A stretch of 64,000 bases of DNA from an uncultured Bradyrhizobium sp. (lineage in GTDB: Bacteria; Pseudomonadota; Alphaproteobacteria; Rhizobiales; Xanthobacteraceae), in NCBI GenBank assembly GCA_964504705.1, contig CAZDEZ010000011.1:870-64869 (forward strand), read 5' to 3'. The notes beneath the pieces are model-generated. The model saw only the letters and a program-made list of their open reading frames with translations, made no database searches and had not been told where the DNA came from. The position numbers were made by a program, and so were the translations under genes. This document shows, piece after piece, positions 52,561 through 61,699 of the stretch; the first letter of the stretch is position 1, and every line of letters starts with the position of its first letter.

Positions 52561-52733
52561 GTGGGGAACGGCCCTGCCGCGGTGTGCATCGTTGTATGTC
52601 TCTGGCGAGCGCAAGCGGTTCAAGCGCTCGAAGGACCGCGATAGTGCGACGGCGCCCGCGGTGCGCGCCGTGACCGGGATCACACCCGCGGGGAACCCGC
52701 CGGCACTGGATTCTCGCCCGCTTACTTTCCGGC

Positions 52734-52786
52734 TTGACCTAACCATAACCCGACGGTTATACGTTTATCCATAACCAATGAGTTAT
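52734..52786 (+). promoter_or_regulatory. Promoter with tandem ArsR operators ATAACC-N4-(G/A)GTTAT
   Basis: TTGACC at 52734; palindromes at 52745-52760 and 52771-52786. Confidence 0.7.
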
Positions 52787-52794
52787 CGATCAGA

Positions 52795-53118
52795 ATGGCG
52801 AAGGCTCACGACATGCTGTTCCGGACGTTGGCCGACCCGACGCGGCGGGCGATCTTCGAGCGGCTGTGCCGCGACGGCGAGCAGACCGTAGGCGCGCTCA
52901 CCGCCCGCGCCGGCATCTCGCAGCCCGCTGTGTCGAAGCATCTCGGCCTGCTGAAGGAGGCCGGCCTCGTCCGCGACCGCCACGAGGGACGTCAGACCCA
53001 TTACAGCGCGCAGATGTCCGCACTGGCGCCGCTGATCGACTGGACCAGCCAGCTCACCGGCTTCTGGCAGAAGCGGTTCGACGACCTCGAAGACCTGCTC
53101 AAAAGGATGGACCAATGA
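52795..53118 (+). CDS. ArsR/SmtB family regulator
   Basis: LADPTRRAI, SQPAVSKHL. Confidence 0.92.
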   Translation: MAKAHDMLFRTLADPTRRAIFERLCRDGEQTVGALTARAGISQPAVSKHLGLLKEAGLVRDRHEGRQTHYSAQMSALAPLIDWTSQLTGFWQKRFDDLEDLLKRMDQ

Positions 53119-53546
53119 ACAAGGCCGCAACCGAAACCCGCTCCGTCGTCTTCGAGCGCGACATCGCCCATCCGCCGGAAAAGCTGTGGCGCGCGCTGAC
53201 GCAGCCGCATCTGATCGAGGAGTGGCTGATGAAGAACGATTTCGCGCCCGTCGTCGGCCACCGCTTCAACCTGCGCGGCGAATGGGGCGGAGTGCTGGAC
53301 TGCGAGGTGCTGGTGGTCGAGCCTAACCGGGAACTCTCCTACACCTGGAATTTCCGGCACGACGATGCGGCGTTCAACCTCGAAAGCGTGGTGACCTTCA
53401 CGCTGACGCCGACCGCGGCAGGCACGCGCCTGCGCATGGAACAGACCGGCTTCCGCCCCGAGCAGAAGCAGGCCTTCGGCGGCGCGCATGCCGGATGGAA
53501 GCAATTCTTCGAGAAGCTGGATCAGATTTTGGCGCGGGCGGAGTGA
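53115..53546 (+). CDS. SRPBCC/AHSA1 domain protein
   Basis: PPEKLWRALT, EPNRELSYTW, GTRLRMEQ, GW. Confidence 0.88.
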   Translation: MNKAATETRSVVFERDIAHPPEKLWRALTQPHLIEEWLMKNDFAPVVGHRFNLRGEWGGVLDCEVLVVEPNRELSYTWNFRHDDAAFNLESVVTFTLTPTAAGTRLRMEQTGFRPEQKQAFGGAHAGWKQFFEKLDQILARAE

Positions 53547-53569
53547 GTCCGACGGAAACGGCGAACGCG

Positions 53570-54031
53570 ATGATGATCAGGAAAACGAGAGGCAAGCCCG
53601 TCAACAAGCCCGCTGCCCGGAAAGCCGTCGCAAAGCCGGTGCTGCTCTCCGGCGGCAATCCCCAGATCGCGAAGGGTGAAGGCGACGCCCCGGTGCAGGC
53701 CTATATCGCGGCAATACCCGGCTGGAAGCGCGAGATCGGCCGCAAGCTCGATGCGCTGGTCGCGCGCACCGTGCCCGAAGTGCACAAGGCGGTGAAATGG
53801 AATTCGCCGTTCTACGGATTCAAGGACCAGGGCTGGTTCCTCAGCTATCACTGCTTCACGAAATACGTCAAAGTCACGTTCTTCCGCGGCTCGTCGCTGC
53901 ACCCTGTGCCGGCCGGCGAGTCCAGGCACAAGGAAGTGCGCTACCTCGACATCCACGAAGGCCCGTTCGACGAGGCCCAGTTCGTCGACTGGGTGAAGCA
54001 GGCCAGCCGACTACCGGGCGAACGACTGTAG
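53570..54031 (+). CDS. DUF1801 domain protein
   Basis: LSGGNPQI, AVKWNSPFY, WVKQA. Confidence 0.82.
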   Translation: MMIRKTRGKPVNKPAARKAVAKPVLLSGGNPQIAKGEGDAPVQAYIAAIPGWKREIGRKLDALVARTVPEVHKAVKWNSPFYGFKDQGWFLSYHCFTKYVKVTFFRGSSLHPVPAGESRHKEVRYLDIHEGPFDEAQFVDWVKQASRLPGERL

Positions 54032-54034
54032 GTC

Positions 54035-54120
54035 CGCAGGATGGGTAGAGCGCAGCGAAACCGATCGATCCTTTCCGCGCCAAAGATGATGGGTTTCGCG
54101 ATGGCTCAACCCATCCTACG
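54035..54120. repeat. REP doublet (GTAG-type, Bradyrhizobium-like)
   Basis: GCAGGATGGGTAGAGCGCAGCGAAACC ... GATGGGTTTCGCGATGGCTCAACCCATCCTAC inverted pair. Confidence 0.8.
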
Positions 54121-54156
54121 AACTACGAACGATGAACGAATGTGAATGGGGCGACG

Positions 54157-54609
54157 ATGAAGAAGCCGACGGCCAAGAAGACAGCCGCGAAGCAAGCAGC
54201 AGCAGGCGACTCCCCTTCCCGTCTGATCGATGCGCGCATCAGGAAGCTCGGCGACTGGCGCGGCAAGATCCTCGCCTGCGTGCGTGCACTGATCCGGCAG
54301 GCCGACCCTGACGTGGTCGAGGAAGTGAAGTGGCGAAAGCCGTCGAACGGAATGCTGGGCGTGCCGGTGTGGGAGCATGACGGCATCATCTGCACCGGCG
54401 AGACCTACAAGGCCGCGGTGAAACTGACCTTTGCCAAGGGCGCTTCGCTGCCGGACCCCAAAGGGCTCTTCAACGCCAGCCTCGAAGGCAACATGCGGCG
54501 CGCCATCGACTTTCACGAAGGCGATGAGATCGACGAGAAGGCGTTCCGGGCGTTGATCCGCGCGGCGGTGGAGCTGAACATCTCGGCCAGGGTCGCCCGG
54601 GCGAGGTAA
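54157..54609 (+). CDS. DUF1801 domain protein
   Basis: LGDWRG, EEVKW, TFAKGASLPDP, FNASLEGN. Confidence 0.85.
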   Translation: MKKPTAKKTAAKQAAAGDSPSRLIDARIRKLGDWRGKILACVRALIRQADPDVVEEVKWRKPSNGMLGVPVWEHDGIICTGETYKAAVKLTFAKGASLPDPKGLFNASLEGNMRRAIDFHEGDEIDEKAFRALIRAAVELNISARVARAR

Positions 54610-54723
54610 AGACTTAACCCTACCTCCAACAATCGCGCCGCGACCCGCCGGCCTGCACCCGTCGCAGCCCAATTCTGCGGTAACTGATGGCATCGACGCC
54701 GCCGCCAGCCAAAGACCGCGACC

Positions 54724-56094
54724 ATGGACGTCAATCGCCGCCATCTCATGGGTGCCTCGGCCGCCGGCATCGCCGGCGCGCTGGCGATGGCGCCCGAGCC
54801 GCTTCGCGCAGCTCCCCTCACCTCCACGCTCGGTCGCGACGCTACGCAATACGGCGTGAGGCCCGGCAGCCCCGACGACCAGACCCGCGCGCTCCAGCGC
54901 GCCATCGACGAGGCCGCGCGCGCGCAAATCCCGCTGGCGCTGCCACCGGGTGTCTACCGCACCGGCATGCTGCGCCTGCAAAACGGCTCGCAACTGATCG
55001 GCGTGCGCGGCGCGACCAGGCTCGTCTTCACCGGCGGTGCCTCGATGCTATCAGGCGAAGGTGCCGGCCGCGTCGGCCTCACCGGGATCACGCTCGACGG
55101 CGGCAAAATTCCGCTGCCGCAGCGACGCGGCCTCGTACACTGCCTCGGCGGCCGCGACATCCGCATCGCCGATTGCGACATCGCGGCCAGCGGCGGCAAC
55201 GGCATCTGGTTCGAGCAGGTATCCGGCGACGTATCCGGCAACATCTTCACCGACATCGCCACCACGGCTGTGGTCTCGTTCGACGCGCTCGGCCTGATCG
55301 TTTCGCGCAACACCATTCTGGGCACCAACGACAACGGCATCGAGATCCTGCGCACCGCGATCGGCGACGACGGTACGCTCGTGCTCGACAACCGCATCGA
55401 GGACATCAAGGCCGGCCCCGGCGGCTCCGGACAGTACGGCAACGCCATCAATGCCTTCCGCGCCGGCAGCGTCATCGTGCGGGGAAATCGCATCAGGAAT
55501 TGCGACTATTCGGCCGTGCGCGGCAACTCCGCCTCCAATATCCAGATAACCGGCAACAGCGTCTCCAACGTCCGCGAGGTCGCGCTCTATTCGGAATTCG
55601 CCTTCGAGGGCGCGGTCATTGCAGGCAACACCGTCGATGGCGCCGCGCTCGGCGTCTCCGTCTGCAATTTCAACGAGGGCGGCCGCATCGCGGTCGTGCA
55701 GGGCAACATCATCCGCAACCTCGTGCCGAAGCGCCCGATCGGCACCGCGCCCGACGACGATGCCGGCATCGGCATCTATGTCGAGGCGGATACTTCCGTC
55801 ACCGGCAACGTGATCGAGAACGCGCCTGCCTTCGGGATCATCGCCGGCTGGGGCAAATATCTGCGCGACGTCGCCATCACGGGCAATGTCGTCCGCAACA
55901 GCTTCGTCGGCATCGGCGTCTCCGTCGTTCCGGGCGCCGGCACCGCGCTGGTCCAGGGCAACATGATCGCGGAAGCGCCGCGCGGCGCGGTGGTCGGCCT
56001 CGACCACGCCCGCCCTGTCACCACCGATCTGACGGCCGACGGCGCGCAGCGTTATGCGCAGATCGCGGTCGGCTCCAATACCGTGCGACGCTAG
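54724..56094 (+). CDS. Tat-exported beta-helix repetitive protein (TIGR03808-like)
   Basis: NRRHL twin-arginine signal; DQTRALQRAID; many I-x-GN beta-helix repeats. Confidence 0.82.
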   Translation: MDVNRRHLMGASAAGIAGALAMAPEPLRAAPLTSTLGRDATQYGVRPGSPDDQTRALQRAIDEAARAQIPLALPPGVYRTGMLRLQNGSQLIGVRGATRLVFTGGASMLSGEGAGRVGLTGITLDGGKIPLPQRRGLVHCLGGRDIRIADCDIAASGGNGIWFEQVSGDVSGNIFTDIATTAVVSFDALGLIVSRNTILGTNDNGIEILRTAIGDDGTLVLDNRIEDIKAGPGGSGQYGNAINAFRAGSVIVRGNRIRNCDYSAVRGNSASNIQITGNSVSNVREVALYSEFAFEGAVIAGNTVDGAALGVSVCNFNEGGRIAVVQGNIIRNLVPKRPIGTAPDDDAGIGIYVEADTSVTGNVIENAPAFGIIAGWGKYLRDVAITGNVVRNSFVGIGVSVVPGAGTALVQGNMIAEAPRGAVVGLDHARPVTTDLTADGAQRYAQIAVGSNTVRR

Positions 56095-56095
56095 A

Positions 56096-56614
56096 TCAGC
56101 TACTGGACGGCGGCTGGAACGCGTTGCGCAGCAGCGGGTAGCGCTCGGCCATTGCGACGATGTCGAGCGTCAACGCCAGCGTCTTGTCGAGCGAACTTTC
56201 CTCCGCTGTCCCGCCGGGAGCGAGCGCGAGCCCGGGCTCTGCCACAGGCTCAGGCATGGCCGGCACCACGCTGACCGGGGGCGCAACGGGAAGCTCCGCC
56301 AGCTGCGGGGCGATCGAGGAAACCGGTTCTGCCGGCACCTCGCGCTTCATCGGTGGAATGGAACTGCGCCGGCCGATCCAGGAGAGGTCCACGGGTCGAT
56401 TGTCGGGCGTCGCTTCCGAGTTCAGCAGGCCCCGCCAGGTCTCGACCGCGGCCTTGGCTTCCCGGATGTTTTCCAGAAAATCGCGTTCGCCGTGGTAGCG
56501 GCGCCAGCGGCCGGTCTCGAACAGGTCGGTGAGATAGTCCAGCCGCTGCTCGGCCAGCGCGGACCAGCGTGCAACGATGTCGCGTCCCCGCGCGACGTCG
56601 GTTCGATCTGTCAT
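56096..56614 (-). CDS. TIGR03809-like small protein
   Basis: LAEQRLDYLTDLFETGRWRRY...FLENIREAK; convergent with the TIGR03808-like gene. Confidence 0.75.
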   Translation of the reverse strand: MTDRTDVARGRDIVARWSALAEQRLDYLTDLFETGRWRRYHGERDFLENIREAKAAVETWRGLLNSEATPDNRPVDLSWIGRRSSIPPMKREVPAEPVSSIAPQLAELPVAPPVSVVPAMPEPVAEPGLALAPGGTAEESSLDKTLALTLDIVAMAERYPLLRNAFQPPSSS

Positions 56615-56850
56615 CGAATTGCCCGTAAGAGGGAAACGGACGCGAGACGCAACGAACCGAATCAGTCTGCCGTGTGACAGGGATATTCTGTGGAAAACTT
56701 TCCGGTTGTCCAGCAAGCGAGCCTTGCCGGCTTCCCGGCCTGCCGTGAATCCGCGCGAACACGGGATTTTCTGCAACACCCCCGAGTCAAGCTGTCGCAC
56801 CGTCGCGGAGATAACGCTGCCCGGCTTTCAGTGGGCATCGCGAGTTGCCG

Positions 56851-56968
56851 AAAAGAAAAGACCCGTCCGGGGGGACAACCGGACGGGTCAAAAGCCATAT
56901 CGGCGCTTGGGGTGGATGGGCGCTCGCGCCGAATATAGCCAATGGGGAGGGATAACCGCTCCCACGCC
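56851..56968 (-). ncRNA. Candidate sRNA: three hairpins with C-rich motifs, ending in an intrinsic terminator
   Basis: Stems 56943-56964, 56897-56936 and 56860-56889 (11-bp perfect), then UUUUCUUUU. Confidence 0.55.
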
Positions 56969-57052
56969 CAATTAGTCGCGAATGGACTGCCGGACGTTCA
57001 AAGCGTCGGGCGATTTTTTTAGCTCATTTCCGGAAGGGTTTTGGGGCGGAAA

Positions 57053-58759
57053 CTACTGCGCAGCAGGCCGATTTAGCTCGTTGGTCGTCGACTTGTCCGA
57101 CGCCATCGCGGCCGACGGTACTTTCAGCTCCCGGCTCACGGAAACGTCATTGTCGGCGGTCCCGGACCCGCGCGGCGCAACGGCCATCGGAACTTCCGGC
57201 GCGGCGATTGCGGCTGTTGCAGCTGCGAAAGCATCCGCCTGGCCGTAGCCGAACAGATCGTCCTTGCCCGGCGTGCCGAGATCGCGCGCCGTCGCCGCGA
57301 GGATTGCGCGTATTTCGTTCGGCTTCAATGCGGGATTGCGCTCGAGCAGCAGGGCGACAATGCCCGAGACGTAGGCCGCCGAGAACGAGGTACCCGAGGT
57401 CATCTGGTACTTCTGGTCCGGAGCCGGCAGGAAGATATCGGTGCCCGGCGCGGCCAGCGCGACATGGACACCGCGGTTCGACGCGGCAAAGAGCCGGTCC
57501 TGGGCGTCGGTGCCGCTGACGGCGATCACGTTGGGATTGGCGGCAGGGAACAGCGGCGGCGACTTCGGCCCCGCATTGCCGGCGGCCGCCACCAGCACGA
57601 TGTCGCGCGCAGCGGTTGCGGCGATGGCGCGCTCGATCAGCATATCCTTCGGCCCGGCGAAGCTCATGTTGATGACCTGGGCGCCGTGCAGCACGGCGTA
57701 GTTCAGGCTCTTGATGATGACATAGGACGAGCTCTCCGCACCGCCCTGCGCGCTGGCAAAGGCGCGGATCGCGATGATGCGCGCTTCCGGCGCGCTGCCC
57801 ATCAGCCGGCCATGGGCCGCGATGGCGCCGGCAATGCCGGTGCCGTGGACGTGCGCGCCCTCCTTGCTGCCCAGCGCGTCGAAACTGTCGGAAATCGAAT
57901 TGGCAAGCTCGGGATGGCTGGCGTCGATCCCGGAGTCGATCACCGCGATAGTCACGTTCATGCCGCGCGCCAGCGTGTGCGCCTGCGGCAGCTTGAGTTT
58001 CGCGACCGCGTATTGCGCGGGGTCGCCCGCCGCCGTCCTGGTCTGCTGCAGGAAGTGGCGAAGGTTGAACTGCACGCCGCGGACCCGGCCATCGGCAGCG
58101 AAGTCGCGGCGCGCGGCGTCGAGCGGACGGCCGTTGGTGACGCGAAACAGGCCGATGGTGGCGTCGATCAGCGGGAAGTTCTGCGACTCGACCAGCACCA
58201 TGCCGTGGCGTTGCGCCATCGCGCGAACCTGCTCCTCCGACATCGATCCGTCGATCTCGGCCACCAGTTCGTTGGGGATGTTGAGCGAGATGGTCGCAGT
58301 CGACGGCGAACTCGGTCCCTTGCCCTTGCCTTTTCCCTTCGCCGACGTGCCAGTGCCGCCGCCATCGCCGGAAGCGGTCGCCTGGCCCTTGCATCCGCCG
58401 TTGGCGTCGCGGTTGGCGGCCTCGCAGGACGGGTAGAGGTTGGGCGAATAGCGCGCATGCGGCATCGTGGAATTCGGGTTGAGGCGAGGACGCATCGACG
58501 TCGTCGTGGGCGTCACGCGCGGCGTCGTCGGCCCGGCGCCGGTAACGGTATTGGCGCGGGCTGCGACGTTCGGGTCGACCCGCGGCGCGATGGTGGGATT
58601 GATGGTCGGCACGCGCGGCTGGACGTTGAGGTTCGGCCGCATCATCGCCTGCGCGGAGGCCTGCGGCATGTCGAGCCCGGCCAGCGGTACGCTGGCCGCG
58701 ATCAGCGCGATCGCGGCACAACCCGCCTTCATCAGTCGCATGGTCCGATCGTCGAACAT
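57053..58759 (-). CDS. Secreted S8 subtilisin-like serine peptidase
   Basis: VIDSG, HGTGIAG, AAGN, SGTSFS catalytic triad; signal peptide. Confidence 0.93.
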   Translation of the reverse strand: MFDDRTMRLMKAGCAAIALIAASVPLAGLDMPQASAQAMMRPNLNVQPRVPTINPTIAPRVDPNVAARANTVTGAGPTTPRVTPTTTSMRPRLNPNSTMPHARYSPNLYPSCEAANRDANGGCKGQATASGDGGGTGTSAKGKGKGKGPSSPSTATISLNIPNELVAEIDGSMSEEQVRAMAQRHGMVLVESQNFPLIDATIGLFRVTNGRPLDAARRDFAADGRVRGVQFNLRHFLQQTRTAAGDPAQYAVAKLKLPQAHTLARGMNVTIAVIDSGIDASHPELANSISDSFDALGSKEGAHVHGTGIAGAIAAHGRLMGSAPEARIIAIRAFASAQGGAESSSYVIIKSLNYAVLHGAQVINMSFAGPKDMLIERAIAATAARDIVLVAAAGNAGPKSPPLFPAANPNVIAVSGTDAQDRLFAASNRGVHVALAAPGTDIFLPAPDQKYQMTSGTSFSAAYVSGIVALLLERNPALKPNEIRAILAATARDLGTPGKDDLFGYGQADAFAAATAAIAAPEVPMAVAPRGSGTADNDVSVSRELKVPSAAMASDKSTTNELNRPAAQ

Positions 58760-58806
58760 GAGGCCTCGACATGGCGCGGCGGCCGGCGGCCGCGCGAAAA
58801 CCGTCT

Positions 58807-59508
58807 TTACGGCGCGGACTCGGCCAGGCTGACGATCTTCTCGCCGCGCAGCTTGCTCATCAGGCCCGTCACTTCGTCCTTGTTCAGCGACTTGCTGCCG
58901 AACTGCAGGCGGAACAGCCCGTTGGCGCCGCCGACGACGACGGCCTGATAATTGTCGAGCAACGCGTTGATATCGGCCATCTTGGCGTCGGCCGCGAAGC
59001 GCACCAGCGCGCGCGGCGGCGTGCCGCCCGCGGCGAGTTCGCGCGTCATCGTTGCCGCAGGCCGCTCGTTCACGCTGAGCGAGGCGGTCTGGTAGGTCTG
59101 GCCCTTGAGCAGCACGGTGCCGATGACGCCGGCCTGCAGCATCAACGCCAGCGCGGCAGCACCTGCCGACCAGGCCAAAGTGCGCGGCGACAGGCTCGCG
59201 AAGAACTGGGCGATACCGGTGGAGACACGGGCGACCGCCGACGGCTTGCGCTCGGGCTCGCCGTCGATCGCCGCAAACAGCTTCTGCATGGCGCGCACCG
59301 ACGGCGCACCGAGGCTCTCGTTGAGGTGAATGGTTTCCGCATATTCCTCGCGGATCACGGCGTACTGCTTCGCAAGCTCCGGGTCGCGGGCCAGCGCATC
59401 CTCGACACGGCGCGCGTCACGCGCATTCAACGTGCCGGCGGCATGCCACGGCAGCAGCGCTTCGATCTCGCCGGGCTCGTCCCGCATCATTTTGCTCATC
59501 GCCATCAT
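58807..59508 (-). CDS. Putative transmembrane anti-sigma factor
   Basis: LLPWHAAGTL anti-sigma-like start, one TM, ATGA-coupled to the sigma factor. Confidence 0.75.
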   Translation of the reverse strand: MMAMSKMMRDEPGEIEALLPWHAAGTLNARDARRVEDALARDPELAKQYAVIREEYAETIHLNESLGAPSVRAMQKLFAAIDGEPERKPSAVARVSTGIAQFFASLSPRTLAWSAGAAALALMLQAGVIGTVLLKGQTYQTASLSVNERPAATMTRELAAGGTPPRALVRFAADAKMADINALLDNYQAVVVGGANGLFRLQFGSKSLNKDEVTGLMSKLRGEKIVSLAESAP

Positions 59509-60074
59509 GGCCAGCCTCGTTCAATTCCGGCTGCTTTAAGCAGTTCAGCCAATTTCTTGCGCGCATAGAACAGGCGCGTCTTCACGGTGTTCTCCGGAAT
59601 ACCCACGATCTGCGCCACCTCTTCCACGGACTTCTCGTGGTAGTAGACGAGATCGACGATCTCCCGGTGCTCGGCGGTCAATGCCGTCAGGCATTTCCGC
59701 AACGCTTCACTCGTATCTTTCTTCTGGACCGACACTTCGGGATTGTCTGAACTATCCTCGATCGCGTTGGCCGCCTCGTCGTCCAGTTCAGCGTCCTTCC
59801 TGCGCCGGAGCGCAGAGAGGGCCTTGAACCGTGTAATCGCCAGCAGCCAGGTGGATACGGCGGACCGGCCTTCGAACTTGCCGGCCTGACGCCACACATC
59901 GAGAAAAACCTCGCTGATGAGATCTTCCGCGATCTGCTCGTCCCGTACGAGCCGAAGCCCGAAACGGAACACCCTGACATGGTGCCGTCCATACAGCACC
60001 TGCATGGCGAGCCGGTCGCCTTGAGCGATCCGGGCGATAAGGACTTCGTCCGTAGCCGCCTGTGTCGCGCTCAA
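59505..60074 (-). CDS. ECF RNA polymerase sigma factor
   Basis: AEDLISEVF, STWLLAI, region 4 SVEEVAQIVGIPENTVKTRLFYARKKL. Confidence 0.93.
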   Translation of the reverse strand: MSATQAATDEVLIARIAQGDRLAMQVLYGRHHVRVFRFGLRLVRDEQIAEDLISEVFLDVWRQAGKFEGRSAVSTWLLAITRFKALSALRRRKDAELDDEAANAIEDSSDNPEVSVQKKDTSEALRKCLTALTAEHREIVDLVYYHEKSVEEVAQIVGIPENTVKTRLFYARKKLAELLKAAGIERGWP

Positions 60075-60167
60075 TTGCCGTCTCGCAGGTTTGGTCGGGT
60101 GGAATTGGGGTGTGGTTCGAACGAGCAGGTAAGATTCTTCAAATTATCGCAACTCCGAAAATGCATA

Positions 60168-60183
60168 TGTGACGTACCCCACA
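60168..60183. promoter_or_regulatory. Crp-type box TGTGA-N6-CCACA
   Basis: One mismatch to TGTGA-N6-TCACA; in the divergent region between the ECF sigma and the GGDEF gene. Confidence 0.45.
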
Positions 60184-60493
60184 AAAGGCCGCAAAAATTC
60201 GGCCCATGCGCGGTTTGCCGTCCATGGGCTTCCGATCTCGGTATCATAGCACCCTAGCGCTTTCCACCCGTCCCCAGTGCGACCATACCAAGCCTGGGTC
60301 ACCAAGGCAGCACCTGAGCCTCCATTGGTGTGGCCTTCCCGGCACCTTGGTTCGGAGCGGGCGGCGCAGCCAATTTCGATGGAAAAACAAGGCGAATGCC
60401 CGGGTTTTGACGGAGTGGGCCGGCGCTGAAGATACCAAAACTAAAGGCTTTCCCACGTAGATTTTTGTCGAGTTCCAGCCAACGGCGAGATCA

Positions 60494-61642
60494 ATGGAAA
60501 GCGCTGCGCCCTCGTTCCTCAATCCGATTGCGGCCGCGGGCGAGGCGTCCGGTTCCCGCCTGTCAACGGAAGCGCTGGCCCGCCGGGCCAAGCAACGGCG
60601 TCAGATCCAGGGCATGATCGGCGTCAGCTACGTCATCGATGCCGGTATCCTGCTGATCTACGCCTATGCCGGGACGGTGCCCTCCTGGCTCGGGCCGGTC
60701 TATGCCCTGACCGGCCTCGCGCTGACCGGCCTTGCGGTTCTGCTGTCGGAAATCGGCTTCAACGAACGCTTCAAGGACCACTACATGGTCGCGCAACTGT
60801 CAGCCGCGAACATGCTGGTAATGATCGGCTTCACCTGTATCGCGCCGCAGGCAGGCGTCATGTTCCTGTGCTCGCTGTTCACGGTCTGCAGCTTCGCCTC
60901 GCTGCGCTCGACGCCGGGCAAGATCGCCATCATCTGGACCTCGATGGCACTGGGCCTGGCTGCCCTGTTCCTGCTGACCGACAAGCCTGTCGCGATGCCG
61001 CACGGTAATCATATCGAGCGCTTCGCCACCATGCTGGTGTTCACGCTCACCATCGGCCGCTGCATGTTCATCGGCATCTTCTCGAGCGCGCTGAGACAGT
61101 CGCTATACGAGAGCGGACTGAAACTGAGGGAAGCATACAAGCGCATCGAGGAGCTCGCCGAGCTCGACGAACTGACGGGCTCGTTCAATCGTCGCTGCAT
61201 CATGCGCATGCTCGACGAGGAGATCGCGCGTTTCTCGCGCAGCGGCGCGCCCTGCTCGGTCGCGCTGATCGATCTCGATCATTTCAAGCGGGTCAACGAC
61301 ACCCATGGTCATCCGACCGGCGACGAGGTGCTGCGCACCTTCGCCATCACCATGTTCGCCAACATCCGCAGCATCGACCGCTTCGGCCGCTACGGCGGCG
61401 AAGAATTCCTGCTGATCCTTCCCGACATGCCGACCGACGGCGCCATTCGCGCGCTCGACCGGCTGCGCGCCATCGTCGCGGACCTCGACTGGAGCGCGTT
61501 TTCGCCCGGCATGAAGGTGACGTTGTCGGCTGGCGTCGCCACGCTGAGGCCCGGCGAGACAACCGACAGCATCCTCGCGCGCACCGACAGCGCGCTTTAC
61601 GCAGCCAAGGCGCAGGGACGCAACCGCATCGCCCGCGGATAG
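60494..61642 (+). CDS. Membrane-bound diguanylate cyclase
   Basis: Several TMs; DELTG, DLDHFKRVND, RxxD I-site (RSID) and GGEEF. Confidence 0.93.
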   Translation: MESAAPSFLNPIAAAGEASGSRLSTEALARRAKQRRQIQGMIGVSYVIDAGILLIYAYAGTVPSWLGPVYALTGLALTGLAVLLSEIGFNERFKDHYMVAQLSAANMLVMIGFTCIAPQAGVMFLCSLFTVCSFASLRSTPGKIAIIWTSMALGLAALFLLTDKPVAMPHGNHIERFATMLVFTLTIGRCMFIGIFSSALRQSLYESGLKLREAYKRIEELAELDELTGSFNRRCIMRMLDEEIARFSRSGAPCSVALIDLDHFKRVNDTHGHPTGDEVLRTFAITMFANIRSIDRFGRYGGEEFLLILPDMPTDGAIRALDRLRAIVADLDWSAFSPGMKVTLSAGVATLRPGETTDSILARTDSALYAAKAQGRNRIARG

Positions 61643-61699
61643 ATCAATTTCGACCGGAAGCGGAGAATTCGCCGCCGGGCAACACTCCAGGATAGAGTC

